Below are positions 1 through 9,418 of a stretch of 64,000 nucleotides of DNA, piece by piece (the stretch's first letter is position 1; each line of letters begins with the position of its first letter). Below the pieces are notes generated by a model, which saw nothing but the letters and a program-made list of their open reading frames with translations, made no database searches and was not told where the DNA came from. The stretch comes from an archaeon (lineage in GTDB: Archaea > Methanobacteriota_B > Thermococci > Methanofastidiosales > NM3). The stretch is taken from contig RXIG01000015.1 in the NCBI GenBank assembly GCA_004212155.1, positions 1-64,000 of the forward strand. Reading direction: 5' to 3'. Made by a program: the position numbers and the translations under genes.

Positions 1-4
1 AAAA

Positions 5-80
5 TGGCGCCGTCAGCAGGACTTGAACCTGCGACCATCCGCTTAACAGGCGGGCGCTCTACCGACTGAGCTATGACGGC
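5..80 (-). tRNA. tRNA-Asn(GTT)
   Basis: Reverse complement GCCGTCATAGCTCAG...CT-GTT-AA...GGTTCAAGTCC...GACGGCGCCA; cloverleaf with encoded CCA. Confidence 0.95.
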
Positions 81-298
81 ACAGTAAGATGACACCAATT
101 TTTCGATTTAAAAACTTTTCGTAGAAAAAAGCTTTGTATATAATGGCATTATTGAACATAAAGTCCTCAATGAACAAAGATTAAGCACTCGCTTCCTTTT
201 TCGGTTGTTTAGGCTATACCGTGCATATTCCATATATGAGACTTCTTCCCAGTCTCTTTCGTGTACGCGTATCGCACCCGCCAGGCGGCGCTGCGGCG

Positions 299-430
299 TT
301 GCGCGTCCGCAGGTGTGCTTGTTCATCACCGGGAAGACGGGTTTCCAAAGCTGACGTGAACGCTGCATATAACATCCAAAAAACATTTCCCGATGTGCTC
401 GCGGAGGAGGTAGAGGATGCCACCCGCATT
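299..430 (+). pseudogene. Degenerate C-terminal remnant of an IS200/IS605 TnpB
   Basis: Translates to ...SSPGRRVSKADVNAAYNIQKTFPDVLAEEVEDA, resembling the TnpB RuvC-III tail (ADVNAAYNI...FP...EG); the rest of the gene is absent. Confidence 0.6.
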
Positions 431-571
431 GATATGCATACCGCTTGGCACTGCGTACGAAAACACATGAAAAGATACGACGTTATGTGCAAAGCCTGGG
501 TGATAACTTGGCCATATATCCGAGTGGTGAGGACAGCAACTATAAAAAAGGGATTATCATACTTGCTCATA

Positions 572-1801
572 ATGTTGATAAAAGCGACCCATGATGACTT
601 TCGCGTTGTCGAGTCTCCGAAGATCACACACGAAAGGGACGATTGCCTCGTCTTTAGCGTGACGAAAAGTGGTTGGGACACCACACTTCTCGTCAAGGAG
701 CTTGCCAAAAGGCTCATGGTCTCACAAAAGAGGATAGGATATGCCGGTCTCAAAGACACTGCTGCACGTACGACACAGTGGATGTCGGTAAAGGGTGTCG
801 ATCCTGAACAGCTCGAGAATGTGCGTCTTCCTCGCGTCGAGATAACATCCATCATGCAGGGTGACTGTATCTCGATAGGTGACCTCAAAGGTAATCGATT
901 CGAGGTGGTCGTGCGTGATATACAATGGGACGCATCACAGATTAAACACACCCTCGATGCGTCGCTTGAACGTTTTTCATCGTATAATGGATTCATCAAT
1001 TACTTCGGACACCAACGATTTGGCATACAACGTCCCATCACCGCCGACGTAGGTCGCCATCTCGTCAAGAAGGAATACGAACAAGCAGCACTCACATTTC
1101 TTGCCAAACAGTACCCGGACGATCCTCACGCAGACATCCGAAGAGAGCTCTGGGACTCGAAGGACTTTAAAAGGGCTTACGAAGAATTTCCGCATTCGCT
1201 CAAGTACGAGCGAGCAATGCTTTTCCAGCTTGGGCACAAGGGTAGCACATACCTTGAAAGTTTCAAGGCGCTGCCTGAGCGATTGCAAACGCTTTTCATC
1301 CATGCGTACCAGGCAGAGCTCTTCAACGAGATCGTCAGGCGCAGGGTACAAGAGATCCCGCCAAACGAGGTCGAGATAGGCGACATGATCATGATCGATA
1401 AGTTCGAACGCAAGGCGACGACGTTCGTGAACTCATCAAACATGGCCAAGGTGCGAGGACTTCTAAGACAAACCGTGAGCCTTGCCGCACCGCTCATCGG
1501 ATCAAAGACGATATTCCCGCGTTCACGCATGGGGGAGATCGCGCGTGAGGTCTTGACAGAAGAGGGTCTATCCTGCCCCGACTTCGAGAATCACGACCAT
1601 CGTCCCTTCTCATCAACGGGGTCCACGCGCGAGGTCGTAGGGCGATTCTCCGACCTGGAATACACCATCGATGAAGACGAGATGTTTGATGCAAAAAAAT
1701 GCATCGTAACGTTTTTCCTCCCGCGGGGAGAATATGCCACAGAACTGTTGCGCCAACTCTTTGGCCAGGACGTGCTCCCTTTTGGGGTTGAAACACAATG
1801 A
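572..1801 (+). CDS. truD: tRNA pseudouridine(13) synthase TruD
   Basis: MLIK..DDFRVVE start, GYAGLKD catalytic motif, GNRFEV, NYFGHQRFG, F.LPRGEYAT; start moved from 221 to ATG 572, with a TATAAAAA element at 541. Confidence 0.93.
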   Translation: MLIKATHDDFRVVESPKITHERDDCLVFSVTKSGWDTTLLVKELAKRLMVSQKRIGYAGLKDTAARTTQWMSVKGVDPEQLENVRLPRVEITSIMQGDCISIGDLKGNRFEVVVRDIQWDASQIKHTLDASLERFSSYNGFINYFGHQRFGIQRPITADVGRHLVKKEYEQAALTFLAKQYPDDPHADIRRELWDSKDFKRAYEEFPHSLKYERAMLFQLGHKGSTYLESFKALPERLQTLFIHAYQAELFNEIVRRRVQEIPPNEVEIGDMIMIDKFERKATTFVNSSNMAKVRGLLRQTVSLAAPLIGSKTIFPRSRMGEIAREVLTEEGLSCPDFENHDHRPFSSTGSTREVVGRFSDLEYTIDEDEMFDAKKCIVTFFLPRGEYATELLRQLFGQDVLPFGVETQ

Positions 1802-2682
1802 ACATGCTCATCCTTCTCCTGGTTCCCCTTGCCGTAATAGTTGCATACTTCCTCGGTTCGTTCCTCTGGAGGGCAGCCACCGACGTATCGAGCTACTATT
1901 ACAACGTGCTCTTTGCTGGCGGGGCCACACTGCTCCTCGCAGGTGCGCTTGTTGCCACACAGCTCATGGCCACTGATGAGACGGTGTTTTCGAACAGGCT
2001 TGCTATCGACGCCATGCAAACGTTCGTATCGCTCTTTCTCCTCATCGTGCTCTACAAAAAAGGCATCTGGGGCAATGTCAAGACCCAGCTAAAGGAGGAT
2101 AGGCGCTACATAACGCTCGCTGCGGTCATGTTTCTCGTCGGAATGGGAACCGGCGTGGTGGTACAGGAGGAAGTACGGGGCATTGTCGAACAGTCGGTCG
2201 AGGACCTCGGCCAGCTAGCGGACGCATCTGAGGGGAAGCCATGGTGGCAGATGGGAATCATCCTTTTTGGGAACAACACGCGTACAGCGATAACGGTGGG
2301 CCTCGCCATTGCGCTCGTCCCGCTCCTTGGAGGAATTTACGCGCTCTTTGCCATGGTGCTAAACGGTGCCATCGTGGGCGTCATAGGGGCTATCGTAAAC
2401 AAACCGCTCTCCTACCTCGTGGTTGGCATCGCCCCTCATGGCATTTTCGAGATACCTGCCATCATCATAGCTGCGGCGATAGGCCTCAAGGTAAACGCTT
2501 GTATCGTTCGTGGCATCACGGAGACGGTGCGTAAAACAGGGGACGGGCCCGAACCGCTATATGCCCGGCTCCGGGAAGCGTTTAAATCATGGGGGCTTAT
2601 GTACCTTGTCATTATCTTGCTCCTTGTTGCTGCGGTAATTGAGTCCACAATTACTCCATACCTTCTTGATAAAATAATATAA
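1798..2682 (+). CDS. SpoIIM/DUF95-family membrane protein
   Basis: Multi-TM protein with ILFGNN, LNG.IVG and PHGIFEIPA motifs and a C-terminal AA.IES.ITP; ATGA overlap with truD. Confidence 0.85.
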   Translation: MNMLILLLVPLAVIVAYFLGSFLWRAATDVSSYYYNVLFAGGATLLLAGALVATQLMATDETVFSNRLAIDAMQTFVSLFLLIVLYKKGIWGNVKTQLKEDRRYITLAAVMFLVGMGTGVVVQEEVRGIVEQSVEDLGQLADASEGKPWWQMGIILFGNNTRTAITVGLAIALVPLLGGIYALFAMVLNGAIVGVIGAIVNKPLSYLVVGIAPHGIFEIPAIIIAAAIGLKVNACIVRGITETVRKTGDGPEPLYARLREAFKSWGLMYLVIILLLVAAVIESTITPYLLDKII

Positions 2683-2909
2683 TCAATATATAAATAGAAA
2701 CATTTTTCTTGACTACAAACAAGTTTAGACGACTACCAGAATTAATTGAAAGAATGATTCATTAAATCGACACAAATTATATAAAAGAAATGCTACCTTA
2801 AACCTTCAAGGTAAAGAAATCCAAATATGTTCCATCGGTAAAATAAAGCACGAAGAAATAGCACATCGCGCCTGACGATACCATACGTGTCAGACGTTGG
2901 GGTGAATCC

Positions 2910-4409
2910 ATGAAAGAAATAAAAAAGACGAAATCGCTGTGTCCAGAATGCCTCAAGGTTATCGAGGCAACGCTCTATGAGACCGATGACAACAAGGTGA
3001 TCATGGAAAAAGAATGCGAAGAGCATGGTCATTACAGCGATGTAGTATGGTCTGATGCCGAATACTACCACTGGGCAGAGAATTACGCGCACGACGGTAG
3101 CGGCCTCGACAATCCTCAGACCACATATTCAACCACATGTCCCTATAACTGTGGGTTGTGCGACAATCACTTTACCTCAACCCTTCTCGCCAATATCGAT
3201 ATTACCAATCGTTGCAACATGAACTGTCCTATTTGTTTTGCCAATGCTGCAGCAGCGGGATTTGTGCTTGAACCCACTCGCGAGGAGATAACAAAGATTC
3301 TCAAGACACTCGCCAAGGAAAAGCCGGTTCGCTGTTGGGCCGTGCAGTTCTCTGGCGGTGAGCCTACGATTCGGGACGATTTCCCCGACATCGTGCGTGA
3401 AGCGAAGCGGCTCGGATTCTCACAAATTCAAGTTGCCACCAACGGCAAGCGATTCATCAAGGACGAGGCATTTGCAAAGGATTTGCTCGATGCCGGCATC
3501 AACACGGTCTACCTTCAGTTTGACGGCGTCAAGAAGGAACCATACGAAATGGCGCGCGGATACAACGCACTTCCAGAAAAGCTCAAGGCGCTTGAGGTAA
3601 TGCGAAAGGTAGGATACCGTTCGATCGTGCTCGTCCCAACGCTCGTGAGGGGTGCCAACGACGACCAGGTTGGCGACATCGTGCGATTCGCTATGGAAAA
3701 CAACGACATCATAAAAGGTGTCAACTTCCAACCCGTGTCATTTGCAGGGCGCATCAACAAGGATGAGCTAAAGCAGATGCGCATAACGCTGCCCGACCTT
3801 GGCAGGCTTCTCGAGGAACAAACGGACGGGGAAATCCGAAAGAGAGACCTGTATCCCGTTCCCTGCGTTTCATCAATCTCTGAGTTCGTCGCGGCCTGGA
3901 AGAAAAAACCACAGATCAATCTTACCTGTCACACGCACTGTGGCGTGGGCACGTATGTGTTTAAGAGCAATGGAAAGTTTATACCCATCAACAGGTTCGT
4001 GGATGTTGATGGGCTCTTTGACCTGCTGAACTCGATGAGGGAACACATCTTCAACGGCAATAGGATCGCCAAGGTCAAGGCAGTAACGCAGCTCAGCCGT
4101 GAGTTGCCAAAGCTCATCGACAACAGCAAGGCGCCGCCCGGAGTGAATCTGCGCAACCTGCTCCTTAACATCCTGACCAACGGGACGGTTGGGGATACGG
4201 CCGCATTCCACAACAACACGCTCTTTTTGGGTGCGATGCATTTCATGGACCCGTACAACTTCGATGTGGAACGCGTCCAGCGATGCGGCATTCACTACGG
4301 TCTTCCAGACGGCCGCATCGTGCCGTTTTGCAGCTACAACTCCATCCACAGACCGAAGTTCGAGGAGGAGTACGGCATTCCGCTCGCAGAGTGGAAAAAG
4401 CGCAGGTGA
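2910..4409 (+). CDS. tes: Tetraether lipid synthase (GDGT-MAS), radical SAM
   Basis: N-terminal CPEC...CEEH rubredoxin-like motif, CPYNCGLC, CNMNCPIC radical SAM motif, C-terminal CGIHY...PFCSYN. Confidence 0.88.
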   Translation: MKEIKKTKSLCPECLKVIEATLYETDDNKVIMEKECEEHGHYSDVVWSDAEYYHWAENYAHDGSGLDNPQTTYSTTCPYNCGLCDNHFTSTLLANIDITNRCNMNCPICFANAAAAGFVLEPTREEITKILKTLAKEKPVRCWAVQFSGGEPTIRDDFPDIVREAKRLGFSQIQVATNGKRFIKDEAFAKDLLDAGINTVYLQFDGVKKEPYEMARGYNALPEKLKALEVMRKVGYRSIVLVPTLVRGANDDQVGDIVRFAMENNDIIKGVNFQPVSFAGRINKDELKQMRITLPDLGRLLEEQTDGEIRKRDLYPVPCVSSISEFVAAWKKKPQINLTCHTHCGVGTYVFKSNGKFIPINRFVDVDGLFDLLNSMREHIFNGNRIAKVKAVTQLSRELPKLIDNSKAPPGVNLRNLLLNILTNGTVGDTAAFHNNTLFLGAMHFMDPYNFDVERVQRCGIHYGLPDGRIVPFCSYNSIHRPKFEEEYGIPLAEWKKRR

Positions 4410-4499
4410 CCCTGCGCAATCCCCTTTCTTTTTTACTGAACCGTAACAAAAAGGAAAAGTTTATTAATATGGATAGTTTATCCATCCATGGTGTTACCA

Positions 4500-4892
4500 A
4501 TGGACAGTAGAAATATCATGGTAGGGGCCATTGTAGTGATAATCCTGATCATTGCAGGCGCGGGTACCTATATGTACACACAGCAGGATTCCGCCGCAGC
4601 AACGGTCACACTTATAGTGGAGTACAATGGACTCAAGGAAGCAGAGACGTTCGAGGATGTCGGTATGCCAGAGAATTCAACGGTGCTTGACCTTCTGATG
4701 GAAAAGACCGATGTTGTCACCGAGGACTCTGACTACGGCAAGATGGTAATAAGCATCAACGACATCGCACAGGATGCGGGTGAGAATCTATGGTGGACCT
4801 ACACCATGAACGGAGAATACGCTTCTGCCGGAGCTGAAGCGCAGCTGCTCTCTGATGGAGACGTAGTGAAATGGACGCTCAGCCAGTTCTAA
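4500..4892 (+). CDS. DUF4430 domain membrane-anchored protein (putative cobalamin-binding)
   Basis: N-terminal TM helix; TVLDLL, YGKMV.SIN, WWTY..NGE..S.GA, L.DGD.V.W motifs. Confidence 0.8.
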   Translation: MDSRNIMVGAIVVIILIIAGAGTYMYTQQDSAAATVTLIVEYNGLKEAETFEDVGMPENSTVLDLLMEKTDVVTEDSDYGKMVISINDIAQDAGENLWWTYTMNGEYASAGAEAQLLSDGDVVKWTLSQF

Positions 4893-5425
4893 AAAAGTAC
4901 AACGGCAGCAAGAAGATAGTTCTCTTGGCTATATTCATAGCATTAGGTGCAGTGCTCAAAATAACGATGGCAGTGATACCAAACGTAGAGGTTCTCACTT
5001 TTTGGATTTTTATCGTAACGGTCGTCTATGGGGTGAAGCTAGGGTTTGTCACGGGTGTGGCGGCAAACATGATCGCCGACACCTATATCGGCTTCGGTCC
5101 GTGGACACCATTCATTTCCCTTGGTTTCGGCCTCGTTGCCATCATAACCTACCTCTATGCAAAGGGTGGCTTCAACTCGAAACGGGACTACATGTACTGT
5201 GGCATCCTCGTCACGATAGCCTTTGACCTCTTTACCGTCATAACGGCGACTTGGCTCGTGCTCGGTGTACCGCTTCCTGTGGCGCTCTACATGCAGTACG
5301 GATTCATGCCCCCCACGTTCTACCCGTTCGGCCTGATACATACGGCGTCAAATGCGCTCATATTTTCCTTGCTTGGTATCAGGCTGGTGAAGATACTACG
5401 AATGAACGCACATGTCTACTGCTGA
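4871..5425 (+). CDS. ECF transporter S component (CbrT-like)
   Basis: About 6 TM helices; A.FIALG, IPNVE and G.GPWTP motifs; follows the DUF4430 gene. Confidence 0.75.
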   Translation: MDAQPVLKKYNGSKKIVLLAIFIALGAVLKITMAVIPNVEVLTFWIFIVTVVYGVKLGFVTGVAANMIADTYIGFGPWTPFISLGFGLVAIITYLYAKGGFNSKRDYMYCGILVTIAFDLFTVITATWLVLGVPLPVALYMQYGFMPPTFYPFGLIHTASNALIFSLLGIRLVKILRMNAHVYC

Positions 5426-6621
5426 TTTTGCATGCCAAGGTAACGCTTGAGGCGTGAGCCCACGCGGTCCCTATCGACAGAACATTGCTCAAGGGCAGGG
5501 ACCACGATGCGAACGACAGGGATTTCAATGTCAGGACGCGTGAGTTCGACGACGCCCACATGTGGTACGAGCGGCCTGAGGCGATCGAGTATGACGTTGA
5601 TGTCATCAAGCACATATGGTGTCGAGTGGTCCCCATATTGGGAGTAATCGACCGTTGAGGGGCCTTTTGCATACCACTTCTTGTTCATGCCCTTGATGCG
5701 ATCATATCCCAGCTTTCGTTTGAACGTTGCCTGGGAGGGATTGTGCTCATTTTCGTAGATCTGTGTCAACCTGCTTTGCGCCACCTCGGTCAGTGCCCTG
5801 ACAAGCGCGACATGGGGGCTCAGGTGCGAACCCACGCCGATTGTGAGCAGCGTGGGATCCTTTGTCTTAACATCGTCGACGACGGCAACAAACGTCGGGA
5901 CCCCGATATCGGACGTGATGTCCTTAACAGTAACATCGACCTCTGCATCGTTGAACTTGTCGAGAAGCGCGGAGATGTGACACTCATTCGTGTCGATTGC
6001 AAGGTCGGGAGAAACATTGCTTCCAAACTCTGCCAGGGACCATGCGTCACGTTCGACGACCTCACACAATCCGTGGAGTATGGCCTCCTCGAGGCAATTG
6101 CCTGATGCCATGCCGTTCGTGTTCGAGCGAAACAGCCACCCGTGTGTGGGGGGATACGGGTGGAATACTGCGTTGGAGGGTATGTAGAGCTCCCTTTCTG
6201 CAAGAAGGTCGTGACCCAGCGTCCAGCCCAGTGTCATCGCATCATCATATCGTGCTGTGGGGGGCAACACGAGAGCAGCAGGATCGATGTGGTCGCAATC
6301 CAGCTTGGAGGCTGGCGCGAGGAGCACGTTATCCTCACGATATGTCGAACTGTACCGTTCAATGGCCTCCATCATGGCAGAGACGGTGGCCTCCGTAGGC
6401 GATGCCCCCTTGCCCTTGAAGATTGCTTGTGAAGGGGTGGTGGGAAGATGCTGGAATGCGAGGAAAACGGGAATACCGATCCGGTCCATTTCGGTGATGT
6501 CCTGAACACGGCTGACCCCTATGGACCCCATCTTGTCCTTGATGTTCGAAAGGGTCGTCTCGGGGGATACCACTCTGTGAGTCGCATCAGTGTATTCCTT
6601 CTTGCAGCGGTTGAGTTCCAT
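5416..6621 (-). CDS. ycaO: YcaO-family protein (methanogenesis marker 1 / McrA Gly thioamidation type)
   Basis: DRIGIPV, GKG.S...A.VSAMMEAIERYS, SNTNGMASGN..EEAILHGLCEVVERDA, RALTEVAQSR. Confidence 0.88.
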   Translation of the reverse strand: MELNRCKKEYTDATHRVVSPETTLSNIKDKMGSIGVSRVQDITEMDRIGIPVFLAFQHLPTTPSQAIFKGKGASPTEATVSAMMEAIERYSSTYREDNVLLAPASKLDCDHIDPAALVLPPTARYDDAMTLGWTLGHDLLAERELYIPSNAVFHPYPPTHGWLFRSNTNGMASGNCLEEAILHGLCEVVERDAWSLAEFGSNVSPDLAIDTNECHISALLDKFNDAEVDVTVKDITSDIGVPTFVAVVDDVKTKDPTLLTIGVGSHLSPHVALVRALTEVAQSRLTQIYENEHNPSQATFKRKLGYDRIKGMNKKWYAKGPSTVDYSQYGDHSTPYVLDDINVILDRLRPLVPHVGVVELTRPDIEIPVVRIVVPALEQCSVDRDRVGSRLKRYLGMQNQQ

Positions 6622-6699
6622 ACGTTCTGGAAAAATCTAACAGTATATTAATTTTTTGAAAAAAGAAGGTGAGGGATGTCCTCACATGTTGATAAAAAT

Positions 6700-6951
6700 T
6701 CAGTGGTAAACGTAAGTGGAGCCACGAACATCCCTGATGTTCGTGGATTTGTCTGAAACGTGCATTGGTTTTGGATTCCACGTATTCGTATTGTAGGAAG
6801 AAAGCTTCGTTGTTGCTATAGTACCGATGCTCACAAGTGCGGCGCCAACATAGAGCAGCCAGAGAGCATTTGCAACGACGATGGGATTTTCCAACGCCAG
6901 AACTAAAATCCCAGCAAGCACGCCGAAGACGAACAACATTTTTGTCAACAT
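6700..6951 (-). CDS. Small hypothetical membrane protein (2 TM)
   Basis: Two hydrophobic stretches; GGGGTG upstream of the ATG; no family recognised. Confidence 0.45.
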   Translation of the reverse strand: MLTKMLFVFGVLAGILVLALENPIVVANALWLLYVGAALVSIGTIATTKLSSYNTNTWNPKPMHVSDKSTNIRDVRGSTYVYH

Positions 6952-7227
6952 GTAAGACCACACCCCTATGAGGAAAACTTGAGTATTAGATATTCCTCAT
7001 TTACTAGATATATAGGTATCGTAATACCTGTATACAAATAAATATGAATACACAGTATATAAACCTTTTGGTATAATGTTGATATAATTAAAGAACGTAA
7101 GAAAATGATACAATACGCAAAGAATCCAATGAAACTAATGACATTGACTCAAAAAACGATTTTTTTGAATTATATAAAAACGAAATAGCGCACAAAACGT
7201 TCAAGATAAAGGTTGGGAAAGAAGAAC

Positions 7228-7304
7228 TGGTGGGCCCGTCGTGACTTGAACACGAGACCTCCGCCATGTCAAGGCGACGTCATAGCCAACTAGACCACGG
7301 GCCC
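7228..7304 (-). tRNA. tRNA-Val(GAC)
   Basis: GGGCCCGTGGTCTAG...TT-GAC-AT...GTTCAAGTC...CGGGCCCACCA. Confidence 0.95.
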
Positions 7305-7361
7305 AATGAAGCAGAGATAGCTATTTATCTGAGCTTTAAAAAGCTTACTGTCAAGCTTTTT

Positions 7362-7541
7362 TTATTCGAGCTTTGCCATAACAAAGGCAAATGCACCAGC
7401 CATTATCAATACGATTATAAGGCCGCCCTTGATGAAATCGATCAGTTCCTGGGACCAATCGATACCACCGTACGGAACGGCAAGAAATACGCCTACAACG
7501 ATTAGCACAATGCCAATAAGTACCCATACTGCCTTGTTCAC
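7362..7541 (-). CDS. Small 2-TM protein (59 aa), absent from the ORF track
   Basis: GTG start after GGAGAGTGA; MNKAVWVLIGIVLIVVGVFLAVPYGGIDWSQELIDFIKGGLIIVLIMAGAFAFVMAKLE*; followed by a T-run. Confidence 0.7.
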   Translation of the reverse strand: MNKAVWVLIGIVLIVVGVFLAVPYGGIDWSQELIDFIKGGLIIVLIMAGAFAFVMAKLE

Positions 7542-7715
7542 GATATCACTCTCCGATTTTGATGATGTTAGTATTCAATATCTTTTATAAATCTAATCCC
7601 ATAGAATAGATGGTGTACATATATTAGTAGTTTTCTTTACTCCTTTCCTACATATGCGAACGGTTGATTGAGAAAAAATAAAAACTATTATAATGCATGA
7701 GTTGAAAGGGTGCAC

Positions 7716-8678
7716 ATGGAACGCATCGCATGGTCGGCACCTGCACGTGTTGACCTTTCAGGCGGAGCGGCAGATATTTTCGGGCTCACGACGCTCTCGA
7801 TGGCCATAGATATAAGGACACGGTGCAACCTCGAGGAAAGCGATCACGGCACGATGGTGGACCTGGGATATGGCGAGGTATGCCTAAACGACGCTGTCGA
7901 GGATGAATATCGATTGCTACGGAACATACTCAAGACATATCATCCCAAAAGGGATGTGATCGTTTCTACATCCTCTGAGATCCCCCCTTCAAGCGGGCTG
8001 GGGGGATCCGCATCGTTTTCTGTTGCAACCATCGCAGCCATACATGACCTCAATGAAAACCACGTAACACCGTATCTCCTTGCAGAGATGGCACAGCGCA
8101 TAGAGACCCGCGGCATGGGGCTCATGAACGGATACCAGGACCAATACTGTGCTACGTTCGGTGGATGCGTGTTCATGGACTTCAAGGGAAAGCACAACTA
8201 TCCCCTCGGCCAGGAACCCTATGCAGTCGTCGAACCGCTCTCGTTCCCGTATCATGTCGTCATCGCGCATACGGGCGCACGGCATTGTTCGGGTGATGCC
8301 AATGCAGATCTCTATGAGAGTTATCTGTGTGGCGACACAAGCATATCCACGCGCATCAGCGAGCTTGATGACATCACGCGCACGCTGCGGGTGGCGCTCA
8401 TCGACGAGGACTATGACACCGTGATATCCGTGGTCAATCGCAATCAGGATATCATCCGATCGTTTGACCGATCGACCCTTGACAACGAACGCCTCATCGA
8501 GATGGCGCTCTCCGCGGGCGCCGATGCAGCAAAGGTCACGGGCGCGGGATGCGGAGGATGCATAGCCGCCGTTTGTGAGACCGGTTATGCCACGTCGCGC
8601 GTTGCAAAGGCATTGAGACGCCACTCCCCATTCGTTCACGAGTGCGGCGTGGATGGTGGTGTGCGCCGTGAAGTATGA
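7716..8678 (+). CDS. GHMP-family sugar kinase (HddA/fucokinase-like)
   Basis: APARVDLSGG, IPPSSGLGGSAS, GYQDQY..TFGG, KVTGAGCGGC. Confidence 0.85.
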   Translation: MERIAWSAPARVDLSGGAADIFGLTTLSMAIDIRTRCNLEESDHGTMVDLGYGEVCLNDAVEDEYRLLRNILKTYHPKRDVIVSTSSEIPPSSGLGGSASFSVATIAAIHDLNENHVTPYLLAEMAQRIETRGMGLMNGYQDQYCATFGGCVFMDFKGKHNYPLGQEPYAVVEPLSFPYHVVIAHTGARHCSGDANADLYESYLCGDTSISTRISELDDITRTLRVALIDEDYDTVISVVNRNQDIIRSFDRSTLDNERLIEMALSAGADAAKVTGAGCGGCIAAVCETGYATSRVAKALRRHSPFVHECGVDGGVRREV

Positions 8679-9417
8679 AACGGCCGTATTCGACCTCGAC
8701 GGCATCCTCCTTGAGAATGGATTCCTCACGCACGAGGGAAAGGAAGCGGTGAGACTCCTGATCGACCGTGGCGTGCATGTCATATACTCCTCAGGCAAGA
8801 ACTACTGGTACACTGTTGGTGGCCTTTCGTTTTCCCATCTCCTCCAGGACGATACGGTAGTGATTGCGGAAAACGGTGGCATCATATTCTACCCGTCGAA
8901 CCTGAGAAAGGACATCTTAAACGATCATGGGCCATCGATTGGCGAGATAGCGCGCTCGTTCAAACAACGGTACTGTTCATATGAAGGGGGACAACTCGTC
9001 TACATGCCATCGGGAAACAGGGTCTGGGAAGAACCAAAGGAGACGATATTTACCCTCTTTCCGACAGTGCTTAGGGATATTCCCGAGATGCAGCGTCACC
9101 TCGACGAGCTGATACACGACACCAACGCACCGCTCTACACGGTCGCCCATAGCGATGCCATCGATACCGTGCCGAAGGGTCAGGACAAGGGGCGTGCGCT
9201 TGAGCATCTTGAACGGCAGGGGACGCTCTCGCTTGCCACCACCATTGCGTTCGGGGACGGGGAAAATGACAGGGAGATGCTCTCCATCGCGGGGTTGCCC
9301 GTGACGGTCGCCAATGCCTCGCCGTCGATAAAGGACCTTACGCGGTCGCGTAATGGGATCGTGGCCAGCAAACGGTGCGGTCTTGGCGTCCTTGAGGCGG
9401 TCCGCTTGCTCCTTTGA
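8668..9417 (+). CDS. HAD IIB (Cof/phosphoglycolate phosphatase-like) hydrolase
   Basis: FDLDG, SSGK, IAENGG, DKG.AL, FGDGEND motifs. Confidence 0.88.
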   Translation: MKYETAVFDLDGILLENGFLTHEGKEAVRLLIDRGVHVIYSSGKNYWYTVGGLSFSHLLQDDTVVIAENGGIIFYPSNLRKDILNDHGPSIGEIARSFKQRYCSYEGGQLVYMPSGNRVWEEPKETIFTLFPTVLRDIPEMQRHLDELIHDTNAPLYTVAHSDAIDTVPKGQDKGRALEHLERQGTLSLATTIAFGDGENDREMLSIAGLPVTVANASPSIKDLTRSRNGIVASKRCGLGVLEAVRLLL

Positions 9418-9418
9418 A

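Noticed and set aside
221-1801. 526-aa TruD with a novel N-terminal domain
   Set aside because: TruD similarity begins at ATG 572 behind its own TATA-like box; the upstream part is better explained as a TnpB relic
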